Source: a virus. Taken from it: a stretch of DNA of 64,000 nt. Positions 9,951 through 17,861 of the stretch are shown piece after piece. Location of the stretch: positions 50,595 through 114,594 of the IMG/VR virus record IMGVR_UViG_3300049259_000177. One strand, written 5' to 3'. The position numbers were made by a program, and so were the translations under genes. Position 1 is the stretch's first letter. Each line of letters begins with the position of its first letter. The notes below the pieces were generated by a model. That model saw only the letters and a program-made list of their open reading frames with translations. It did not search any database and was not told the DNA's origin.

Positions 9951-10703
9951 TTACGCGGCGGCCGTCCCGGCAAACAGGTCAACGACATCACGGACGTTGA
10001 CCCCGTCGAAGACCGAGGAGTGGTCTCTGCCCGCGATGACACGCAGTGCCATGTGCGGGTCGTTGACCGCGTTCACGAATGCCTGCGACTGCGCCAGCGG
10101 CACGGTCGTGTCCGCGTCGCCGTGGTAGATGCGGACCGGCGGCAATCCCCGGTAGTTGGCAGGCTCGCCGATCGGGGCGTGACCGACGATCCCCGCCGCC
10201 CAACCAGCCGATCCGCCGTAGTCGGCCTCGATCTCGGGAGCATACGTCGCCTTGCCCACCGACGTGTCGTGGAAGTAGGCGAGATCGGTCGCGGGTGCGA
10301 ACACACATGCCGCCTTGACCAGTGTCGGGTTGCGCTTCACCCAGTTCAGCGCCGCCAAGCCGCCCATCGACCAGCCGAGCACGCACACCTTCGGGCTCGC
10401 GACGTGGATCGTGTTGAGCAGGTAGTTGTAGGCGGCCGTCAGATCGGTCATCTCTGCGTCGTCAGCCCACGGCGTCGGCCCGCCAGCGTCGATCGACAGC
10501 ACCGTGAATCCCGCGAGCGCCAGCGCCAGCGTGAATCCCCCGGACCCGCTACCCGCCGACTGGAACTGCAACGAGGTGCCGCCGTGGCCGTGGACGGCAA
10601 TCACGCCGACGCTGCTCCCGTCCCGCTTGGCGCGTTTCGGTTCGGTCAGCACACTCGACTCGCCCGCGCTGTACGCACCGACCGCGTAGGCCGCGACGGT
10701 CAT
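9951..10703 (-). CDS. Alpha/beta hydrolase (serine esterase/peptidase)
   Basis: HGHGG oxyanion segment, GWSMGG nucleophile elbow, HGDADTTV (Asp) and GRDH (His). Confidence 0.85.
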   Translation of the reverse strand: MTVAAYAVGAYSAGESSVLTEPKRAKRDGSSVGVIAVHGHGGTSLQFQSAGSGSGGFTLALALAGFTVLSIDAGGPTPWADDAEMTDLTAAYNYLLNTIHVASPKVCVLGWSMGGLAALNWVKRNPTLVKAACVFAPATDLAYFHDTSVGKATYAPEIEADYGGSAGWAAGIVGHAPIGEPANYRGLPPVRIYHGDADTTVPLAQSQAFVNAVNDPHMALRVIAGRDHSSVFDGVNVRDVVDLFAGTAAA

Positions 10704-11866
10704 CGCTCGACCGCCTCGATCATGCTCTCGACGCCCGGCACATCCCGACCGTAACAGCCCATCGCCAGACCAACCTTGTTGGTGAGCATCTGCGCTCTGA
10801 AGGTGTAGTTCTGGCCTTGCACCGGCTGGAACCGCCAGGTCAGGAAGAACGAGCCGTAGTATTGCTGGCCCGACGCGATCGCCGATGCGTTGGTCTTGGT
10901 GTCACGGCTGGTGATAGATGCGTCGGCGTTGACCTCGGCCAACACCGCCGAGAATCGGCTGACCGTACCTGCTACGACCGTACCGAGGCTGATCGCCAGC
11001 ACCACGCTCAACTGGATCTTGATGGGACGGACCCCACCGACGACACCGATCTGCAACCCGGGGATGTCGTGCGCGTTCCCATCCGCCGCATTCGCCTGCG
11101 ACAGCGAAGTAGCAAGGAACGCGTAGGCCAGTTCCCGTCCACCGGTGTTGTTAACCGCAGTCGTGTTCGCCGCGATTGCTGCCGCGTTCGCCTGCTCCGC
11201 CGCTGTTGCCCGTGCGACTTCGGCTGTCAAGTCCGTGATCAGCGCGCGCAGGTTGATGGCGGCGGTGTTGGCAGCCTCCGCCGCCTGTGCCCGGTTCGTC
11301 TCGGCGGTCAGGTCGGTGATCAGCGCGCGCAGGTTGATGGCGGCCTGCATCGCCGCCGCGCCGGACTCGTCGCCGCGCAGTTGGGCGTCGATCTCGGCGA
11401 GCGTGTCAAGCGCGACGTCCAGGGTTCCGCCGGTCAGCGCCGAAAGTTGCGCGTTGACGTACGCCCGGTCGCCGTGCACGTCCGGTGCACTGACGTGCGC
11501 GGCGAGCACGCTGTCCCCGTGAGCCCGGTCGCCGTGTGGGTCGGCAGCGGTCTCGTGCGCGGTGATACGCGGTCCTGCGACCGGGTCGGTCTCCGCCGTG
11601 ATGCCACCGCCCGGGCCACTACCGCCGAGTGTCGCGGGGTCGACGCCTTCGGCGAGCATTGTGTCGGCGTTCCAGGTCAGCACTTCGCGGTCTTGCAGCG
11701 TCGCGTAGTCGGCGAAGATGTTGCGCGGTCCGGTGACCAGCGGCGTGTCCGCGTCGGCGTACTGCGCGTAGCCAGCGTTGACCAGCCGCCGCGCGTCCTC
11801 ATCGGCGACGTCGATGACGTCGCCGACATGATGACCCTGCCACGGACTTGAGAACTTGACCCTCAC
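10700..11866 (-). CDS. Virion fibre-like protein with coiled-coil stalk
   Basis: 388 aa; LDTLAEI motif, duplicated AINLRALITDLTAE, beta-rich C-terminal domain. Confidence 0.6.
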   Translation of the reverse strand: MRVKFSSPWQGHHVGDVIDVADEDARRLVNAGYAQYADADTPLVTGPRNIFADYATLQDREVLTWNADTMLAEGVDPATLGGSGPGGGITAETDPVAGPRITAHETAADPHGDRAHGDSVLAAHVSAPDVHGDRAYVNAQLSALTGGTLDVALDTLAEIDAQLRGDESGAAAMQAAINLRALITDLTAETNRAQAAEAANTAAINLRALITDLTAEVARATAAEQANAAAIAANTTAVNNTGGRELAYAFLATSLSQANAADGNAHDIPGLQIGVVGGVRPIKIQLSVVLAISLGTVVAGTVSRFSAVLAEVNADASITSRDTKTNASAIASGQQYYGSFFLTWRFQPVQGQNYTFRAQMLTNKVGLAMGCYGRDVPGVESMIEAVER

Positions 11867-12402
11867 TGGCTTACCTCCCGCTGACGTGTCTCGACGGCAA
11901 CAACTTCGAGCGCGTGGTGCATGAAGTGGGTGCCGACGTCCTCGTCGGTCCCGTACTCACTCTCGGCGGCGCGTGGGAACGTGCAGCGCACGCTGGCCTT
12001 CACCGACGTGCCCGCGACTGTCGTCGGGCTACGCTCAATGTGTCGGGCGAGTTCGTTGGGCAGCACGACGCTCTCACAGCGACAGTGAATCCGGTTTCCG
12101 ATCGGCAGGTCCGGGTCGCCGGGACGGCGGGCGAGGTCGAAGCCAGCACGGATGTCGTTGGCGTCGTTGCCGGTGTTGACCTTTGGGATCTTGTAGCGAA
12201 GATTCGACGGGACTTCCTGGCCGTCGGCGTAGACATGGCTGGGCCGCACCTTCTCGTCCCGGCGGGTGAGCCACGTCTTCGCGTCCGGGGCACCGCGCTT
12301 GGCTTCGGTCTCGACGCGGACCGTGAGATGGTCGACATAGGGCCGCACGATCTTGGCGGCGACGAGAGTGTCTAGTCCGGCGGTCATCTCGAAGCGACTC
12401 AT
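11863..12402 (-). CDS. Neck/tail-completion protein containing a MuF-like (phage Mu gpF) domain
   Basis: ATG 12402 overlaps the upstream stop. Contains KTWLTRRDEKVRPSH..ADGQ...PGDP....NRIHCRC. Confidence 0.7.
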   Translation of the reverse strand: MSRFEMTAGLDTLVAAKIVRPYVDHLTVRVETEAKRGAPDAKTWLTRRDEKVRPSHVYADGQEVPSNLRYKIPKVNTGNDANDIRAGFDLARRPGDPDLPIGNRIHCRCESVVLPNELARHIERSPTTVAGTSVKASVRCTFPRAAESEYGTDEDVGTHFMHHALEVVAVETRQREVSQ

Positions 12403-12779
12403 GGCGTCGTGCTCACCCCGACCCGGATCTGCCCTTGGATGCGCACGTAGTTGACGCTGGCGTCCTCGCTGTGCCGGATGTTGTCGGCAGTGCGGATGAA
12501 CCACTCGCGGCCAGTGGCGACGTCGACGGGGTTGCCGTCGTCGTCGAGTTGGTACTCGACGACGAGGTCCTTCGGCTTCATCGGCCACAACGCCGGATCG
12601 ACAGAGATGTTGTAGATGCTCTCGCCGCCTTGCAGGTTCGCGCCGCCGCCGGTGACCCGCCCTGGGTAGGCGGGCGTTGGGTCGGCCCAGCCGCCGGGCA
12701 CGAGGTCACCGTGACTGTCCGGCGTCAAGTCTTCCTGACGACGTAGCGCGAGCGCTGTGTTCGGCAGCAAAACGCTCAT
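12399..12779 (-). CDS. Head closure / head-tail joining protein
   Basis: MSVLLPN... start coupled to the upstream gene; canonical position and size. Confidence 0.6.
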   Translation of the reverse strand: MSVLLPNTALALRRQEDLTPDSHGDLVPGGWADPTPAYPGRVTGGGANLQGGESIYNISVDPALWPMKPKDLVVEYQLDDDGNPVDVATGREWFIRTADNIRHSEDASVNYVRIQGQIRVGVSTTP

Positions 12780-13426
12780 AGCCGAATGACCCTGCTGCGG
12801 CCGGGGCGGATGAACACTCGCCGCCCGGCGAGGCGCCACCGGTCGAGGCTCTTGAGCGTGGGGGCGCCGTTGGTCGCCTGTGGGCCTGCTTGTGCGCGGC
12901 TACTGGCGAGGCTCTCGACACCGCCTGGGGTCAGGTACTCGTAGGAGATCGACTGGCCCTCGACGGAGACGCTGCGCACCCGCTGCGCTTTCTTGCCCTG
13001 CATCGACTGCCACAGCCGCACCACGTCCCCACTGCGCAGCACCGTGTTCTCGATGTAACGCCGGACCGGCAGGTAGATCGGCTGGGTGGCGTCGATGCCC
13101 GCGATGTAGGTGATGGTGTAGCGCCCAGTGGGCTGGCCTGAGATCGGGTCGGCCTCCGGTTCGGCGGAGGTGATCGAGATGACCTTCGACTCGCGCAGGC
13201 GCCAACCATCGGGATAGGCGATACGGCCGGTCTCGATGAACGTCGTCGGCGTGATCGGGCGCCCCAAGTAGCCCTCGACCTCAGCCTGTGCGTCGTAGAT
13301 GGCGCCGGTGATGATTTCGGTGGAAGTGTCGTCAAGCGGCTGGCTAAGGCCGAGTCGGATGGCGATCTTCTCGACCGGGACGACGAGCGGGCACGGTTCC
13401 TCGAAGTCGGCAGCGGGCTGGGTCAT
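12776..13426 (-). CDS. Head-tail adaptor protein
   Basis: AQAEVEGYLGR, ITYIAG, VRSVSVEGQSISY and LDRWR motifs. Confidence 0.75.
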   Translation of the reverse strand: MTQPAADFEEPCPLVVPVEKIAIRLGLSQPLDDTSTEIITGAIYDAQAEVEGYLGRPITPTTFIETGRIAYPDGWRLRESKVISITSAEPEADPISGQPTGRYTITYIAGIDATQPIYLPVRRYIENTVLRSGDVVRLWQSMQGKKAQRVRSVSVEGQSISYEYLTPGGVESLASSRAQAGPQATNGAPTLKSLDRWRLAGRRVFIRPGRSRVIRL

Positions 13427-13541
13427 CGCTACCCCCAACCTCCTCCGTTGATGCTTCTGGTGCTTACACCCGGGCCACTACGACGAACAGGCGGGCAGAC
13501 GAGGCATCGTGTGCGTCGTCGACCCGCCTGTCGCGTAGCGG

Positions 13542-14255
13542 TCAGTCCTTGCCGTCCGCGCCGTCGTCCGCCCCGCTGTCGCCCGCGCCGTCGTTCGCCC
13601 CGCTGCCGTCGGCGGCGAGGACAGGTGCCGCGTTGCCACCGGCGCCCATCCGCTCGCGCCCTGCCGCCTCGGTCAGCGGGCTCTGCGCCTCGGCCGTAGC
13701 GGCGTGCACGAATAGGTCGGCCTTGTCGCGCGGCACCCGCGCGTTCGCCGGGAACAGCAGTTGGGTCATCGGCGTGCGTGACCCCTGCTGGACGAACTTC
13801 TGGTAGACGCGGACCTTCGTCGTGGCGTACGTCGTGGTGCCGTCGCCGAAGTCGAAGACCTCTTCCGGATCGAGGTCGCTGCCTTCCTCGTCAACGAGTC
13901 CGAGCACGCCCGAACCCGGCAGCGAGCGCTGCCCCGCCGCCGCCGCCACTGGCGAGGTCGACAGGTGCCGCTGCACCGTAACGGGCGGGCGCTTGTCCGA
14001 GGTGGGCGCCGCGAGCGGACTCGCTGGGCTCGGCGCGCGCTTGGTGGCCGCGTCGGTGCGTGGTCCGGTCTCGACGTCGGGACCGTCCGGATGCGCGTAC
14101 CCGGCATCGACGGCGGACGTGCCCTCCGGGGCGTCCGACACGGCGCTCGGCTTGTCGGGCGTCTCGGTCGGCGTCTCGGTCTCGTCTTTCTTCGGCTCCT
14201 CGGCCGCCGCACGCGACGAGCCCTTCGCCTGAGTCTGCTTGCTGGCTGGCGGCAC
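13542..14255 (-). CDS. Hypothetical late protein (low-complexity arms around a small conserved domain)
   Basis: GGAGG RBS and late-type promoter. Central domain resembles the 14984 and 27305 proteins. Confidence 0.6.
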   Translation of the reverse strand: MPPASKQTQAKGSSRAAAEEPKKDETETPTETPDKPSAVSDAPEGTSAVDAGYAHPDGPDVETGPRTDAATKRAPSPASPLAAPTSDKRPPVTVQRHLSTSPVAAAAGQRSLPGSGVLGLVDEEGSDLDPEEVFDFGDGTTTYATTKVRVYQKFVQQGSRTPMTQLLFPANARVPRDKADLFVHAATAEAQSPLTEAAGRERMGAGGNAAPVLAADGSGANDGAGDSGADDGADGKD

Positions 14256-14296
14256 GGTGTCCCTCCATCGGATCGCGCACGAATGCGGTCACCGAG

Positions 14297-14330
14297 AGGT
14301 TAGAGAGCCGCCAGGCTTAGTGTCGCGTCG
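14297..14330 (-). promoter_or_regulatory. Late-type promoter
   Basis: CGACGCGACACTAA-N14-TAACCT. Confidence 0.75.
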
Positions 14331-14796
14331 AGGAAACCGCGAGCATGTGCTGCGCGTGCCAGGCGAGGATCTCCGCCCGGCTGATCTGCCACGGATCGTT
14401 CATCGGCCACGCGGCGACGACCTCGAACTTGAAGGTCTGGTAGCAGCGCTCGACCTCGGGTCCGAAGCCAGCGTCGCAGTCGATGCACGAGCCGACGGCG
14501 TCCGGGTCGTCGCCGTCACGAGCGGGCCGGAAGCCGTCGCTGGCCTCGTCGGGGAACACCTTGCGGGTGCCCGTGCAGGTCGGGCAGATGGCCCGGTCGC
14601 CGAGTGCGTCGATGAGCAGGCAGCGGGCGAGTTCGCTCGGGCCGGAACCGGCGTAACCCCAGGAAAACCCGGTGGGGCTGTGCTTGACGTGATGGGCGAG
14701 CAGGCCAACCCGGGTCGGCTCGGTGGCCGAGCCGGACCGCACGATCTGCACACGCTCGTGCTCGCCGGGCTCGCCGCGATAGATGGGCTCGTCCAT
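14317..14796 (-). CDS. DUF6166-like hypothetical protein
   Basis: HSPTGFSWGYAGSGPSELARCLL and YQTFKFEVVA..P...W.I motifs; AGGAGG RBS. Confidence 0.7.
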   Translation of the reverse strand: MDEPIYRGEPGEHERVQIVRSGSATEPTRVGLLAHHVKHSPTGFSWGYAGSGPSELARCLLIDALGDRAICPTCTGTRKVFPDEASDGFRPARDGDDPDAVGSCIDCDAGFGPEVERCYQTFKFEVVAAWPMNDPWQISRAEILAWHAQHMLAVSSTRH

Positions 14797-14983
14797 GACT
14801 CCTCCTGCTGCGCCCCAGTCGCTCGCCGAGGCTGCGGTACGACGCGCCGCCGGTTGTCCGCCAGATCAACGGGTGATTTGTGAGGCGGTGGAGCCCAGGT
14901 ATCCCGGGGCCCGGCGGTCACGTCGTCCGTAACGCAGCGTACGACGCTGCGCCGACACTGCGGCGCGTCATCGTGAAGTCGGG

Positions 14984-15493
14984 TCAGACGTAGGTGTAGC
15001 CACCCGCCAGCGGTGCGCTTGCGCCCGCGTCGGTCGTGACGACGACGGCAACGGCCCCTGCCGCGTGCGCCCCCGTGACGGCCGTGATCTCCGTGTCGGA
15101 GACGACCTTCACGTTGGTGCAGGCGACGCCGCCGATCGTCACACCGGTCGTGCCGCCGCCGGTGACCGGACCCTGGTCCGACTCCGTGTGGATGCCGGAC
15201 TGGAAGCCGGTGCCGGTGATCGTCACCTGCGTGCCACCGGCGGCCGGGCCCGTGTCGGGCGCGAGCGCGGTGACCGTCGGCGCGGCGTACGCAGCGTCGA
15301 CCTCGGACGTGCGAATCACCTGACCGGCGCGCCATTTGAGTTGCTGGCCGCGCTCCCCGGCGCCCCGGAAGGCGACGTCTTCGTAGACGTCCTGGCCGAC
15401 GGTGAGCGGCGGGTCGGGGTCGACTGCGGGCGCGAGCAGAGCGTCGACCTGTGCACGGGTCAGGACCGCGCCGGTCTCATCGCGAAGTGCCAT
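14984..15493 (-). CDS. IPT/TIG (Ig-like) domain virion decoration protein
   Basis: ACAGGAGG RBS before ATG 15493. APTVTALAPDTGPAAGGTQVTITGTGF...VVSDTEITAVT is an IPT/TIG signature. Confidence 0.82.
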   Translation of the reverse strand: MALRDETGAVLTRAQVDALLAPAVDPDPPLTVGQDVYEDVAFRGAGERGQQLKWRAGQVIRTSEVDAAYAAPTVTALAPDTGPAAGGTQVTITGTGFQSGIHTESDQGPVTGGGTTGVTIGGVACTNVKVVSDTEITAVTGAHAAGAVAVVVTTDAGASAPLAGGYTYV

Positions 15494-15561
15494 CACTGTC
15501 CTCCTGTGGGTGGGACGCCAGCGTCGCACCGTAACGTGCCTAACGTCGACCTGAGGACGCA

Positions 15562-15594
15562 AGGACCCCGCCAGTTGTCGCCTGACGGGGTCCT
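15562..15594 (-). terminator. Stem-loop, probable terminator
   Basis: AGGACCCCGTCAG-GCGACAA-CTGGCGGGGTCCT on the minus strand (13-bp stem with one G-U pair). Confidence 0.55.
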
Positions 15595-15772
15595 GCGGTC
15601 GGTGCCCATGCCCGGCCGACGAGCGGCCGTGCGTCCGAGGTGGCCGGTCCCCGGGATACTGCGCTAGTCCCACTCACCGCGATCGTTCGGCGCCGACCAA
15701 CCGGGTGCGCTCTCCCGGTGGGCTATGCAGGAGTCACTCTACGGCCGCGAGAGTCACTCTTGGCGCGTCACG

Positions 15773-16315
15773 TCACACGCAGTTGCACAGCAGGTCCGGC
15801 CGGTACAGCCGGAGCATCTCCATGGCGAAGGCGACCTTGTCCTCGACGCGCTGCCCGTAGGGCTGGGCTCGGCTCCACAGTTCGAGGTTCTCCGCGCGGT
15901 TGTCGCTCCGGGCACCGTTGCGATGGTGCACGCTTTCCTCTGGCAGCAACGGGCGGCCGAGGGTCTCCTCCATCGCGAGCCGGTGCTGGGCGACGAGGCG
16001 GCCGTCTCGATAGACCCGCACGTAACCGTGAGAGCGAGAGCCGTCACCGTCTGGCCGCTTCGCTCGCAGTGGCCGCTCCCAGTCAGGGTCGCCGTCGACC
16101 TTGCGCTGGTAGTGGCGATTGCACAGGCCCAGGTGGGCGGCGGGCGGCTTGTCGCAGCAATCGAGCGAGCACACCGCGCCCGGCACGCGGGCTACTCGTC
16201 GCAGCGCCGTCAGTGGGCGGCCATTCGACTGCTGCCAGTAGTGCCCGCCGCATAGACCCCTTGCCTTGTGCGGCTGGTTGCAGTCGTCGACCTCGCAGGC
16301 CCTCGCGTCTGTCAC
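15773..16315 (-). CDS. HNH homing endonuclease
   Basis: Two C..C...GLC..HY modules, then QHRLAMEETLGRPL...VHHRNG.RSDNRAENLELW. Confidence 0.9.
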   Translation of the reverse strand: MTDARACEVDDCNQPHKARGLCGGHYWQQSNGRPLTALRRVARVPGAVCSLDCCDKPPAAHLGLCNRHYQRKVDGDPDWERPLRAKRPDGDGSRSHGYVRVYRDGRLVAQHRLAMEETLGRPLLPEESVHHRNGARSDNRAENLELWSRAQPYGQRVEDKVAFAMEMLRLYRPDLLCNCV

Positions 16316-16327
16316 TAGATCAACACG

Positions 16328-16363
16328 ACGAGAGCCCCCGACCCGAAGGTCGGGGGCTCTCGT
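16328..16363 (-). terminator. Terminator hairpin after the major capsid gene
   Basis: Perfect 16-bp stem ACGAGAGCCCCCGACC with a cUUCGg tetraloop on the minus strand. Confidence 0.8.
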
Positions 16364-16377
16364 TCAGGCCGGGAGAA

Positions 16378-17685
16378 CTACGCCGCGAGGAAGGAACCGT
16401 AGACGAACGATTCCGGGCGGGGGACCTCAAGGCCCACCCGCTCCTCACCACGAAGCGTGACAACATTTCGCTCAATGTTATCACGGTTTTCCGTGCTCAC
16501 GATTACGTTGACTTCCTCGCGGTCGTAGACCTTGGCGCCCTGGCCGAAGGCGCCGAGGAGGAAGCGGTCCTGCACGATCGCGGGGGTGTCGATGACCTGC
16601 ATCCGCCAGACCCGCTTCTCGCCACCGATGGCGACCGACGTGGCGACGATGTAGTTGCCGTTGAGGTCGGTCTCCAGTTCGATGTCTTCCCAGTCGAACG
16701 GGTGCAGCACGACGCCGGTCGGCACGAACCATGCGAGCATCGCCCGGGTGGCGGCGCGGCGGATGGCGGCGGACTTCTTGTCGGCGGCGACCTGGGCGTA
16801 GGTCTGGATGCCCGGGGTGTTGACGATGCCGGTCATGTTCTCGCCGACGCCGTCGCCGTAGAGGATCTGGTCGTCCTCGGACATCTTGACGCCGTCGATC
16901 ATGTCCCGGTCGAGCAGGCCGCGCAGCCGGGGCTCGTCGTCGAGAACGTTCTTGTGCACGTCCATCGTGTGCGCGATGGTGCTGATCGGGTAGGTGACCG
17001 TGGTCAGGGTCACGCTGGACTTCGGCTTGAGGCCGAAGACCGTCACGCCGCCGTCGACCTCGCGCTCCGGCACCGGCCGCGCAGCGTTGATGAAGCCGGT
17101 CTCGCGGATGCCGTAGAGCATCGCGGCGGTGGTCTGCTCGCTCGGGAACAGGTCACGGACGCGGCTCGGGCGAAGCACGCGCTCCTGCAAGTCGAGTTGC
17201 TGGGCGGTGCCGAACGCCTGGATCGTGACGGTGCCCGCCGACAGCGAGTACACGTCCTTGCGGTCGAGGCCGCCGTAGAGCGAGACGCCCGACGACTTGA
17301 ACTCCGCGTTGAGCGGCAGCCGGAAGTTCGCCTGCTTCATCTCCGCGTAGACGTCCGAGTCGAGGAAGCGCTGGCCGAGGCCCTTGAAGCCACCACCGAG
17401 TCGCTCGCGCTCGGCGTCGGCCGCGTCGCCGCCGCCGACCGGAGTGCCCGGCTCGCGGCCAAGGAAGTCGCGGATACCCGCCGACTTCTCCAAGGCGACG
17501 ATCGTGCCCTGGATCTTCTCGCCTTCGGTGACGAGGTCCTGGAACGCCTTGGCCTCATCGTTGCTGAGGACGAACTTGCCGTCCTCGGTCTTCCATGAGT
17601 TGCTCGCCGCGTCCTGGTCCTCGGCATTGCCCTGCAACGCCTTCGTCAGTTCCGCGATGCGGTCCTTCGTCTCCGTCATGCCCAT
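16378..17685 (-). CDS. Major capsid protein (HK97 fold)
   Basis: GGAGG RBS; N-terminal coiled-coil delta domain; EDDQILYGDG.GEN.TGI, VLHPFDW, ERN.VT.R.EER.GL.V.RPESFV. Confidence 0.95.
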   Translation of the reverse strand: MGMTETKDRIAELTKALQGNAEDQDAASNSWKTEDGKFVLSNDEAKAFQDLVTEGEKIQGTIVALEKSAGIRDFLGREPGTPVGGGDAADAERERLGGGFKGLGQRFLDSDVYAEMKQANFRLPLNAEFKSSGVSLYGGLDRKDVYSLSAGTVTIQAFGTAQQLDLQERVLRPSRVRDLFPSEQTTAAMLYGIRETGFINAARPVPEREVDGGVTVFGLKPKSSVTLTTVTYPISTIAHTMDVHKNVLDDEPRLRGLLDRDMIDGVKMSEDDQILYGDGVGENMTGIVNTPGIQTYAQVAADKKSAAIRRAATRAMLAWFVPTGVVLHPFDWEDIELETDLNGNYIVATSVAIGGEKRVWRMQVIDTPAIVQDRFLLGAFGQGAKVYDREEVNVIVSTENRDNIERNVVTLRGEERVGLEVPRPESFVYGSFLAA

Positions 17686-17783
17686 GTGATGCTGCCTCCG
17701 TCGTCGGCGCGCATGTGTGCGCGGTCGGTGTGCGGTGAAATTGCCCCGCCCGGTCAGCACCGGGACGAACGGACTACCAGCAG

Positions 17784-17816
17784 ACGTTAGGTCGACAGGC
17801 GCTTAGTGTCGCGCCG
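17784..17816 (-). promoter_or_regulatory. Late-type promoter for major capsid
   Basis: CGGCGCGACACTAA-N13-TAACGT. Confidence 0.75.
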
Positions 17817-17861
17817 AGCGACGGCGATTCGTGACGAACCGAAGTTCGACTACTACGACCG

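Noticed and set aside
14934-14950. Short inverted repeat GCAGCGT-ACG-ACGCTGC downstream of the IPT/TIG gene
   Set aside because: A 7-bp stem with no U-tract in high-GC DNA is too weak to call.
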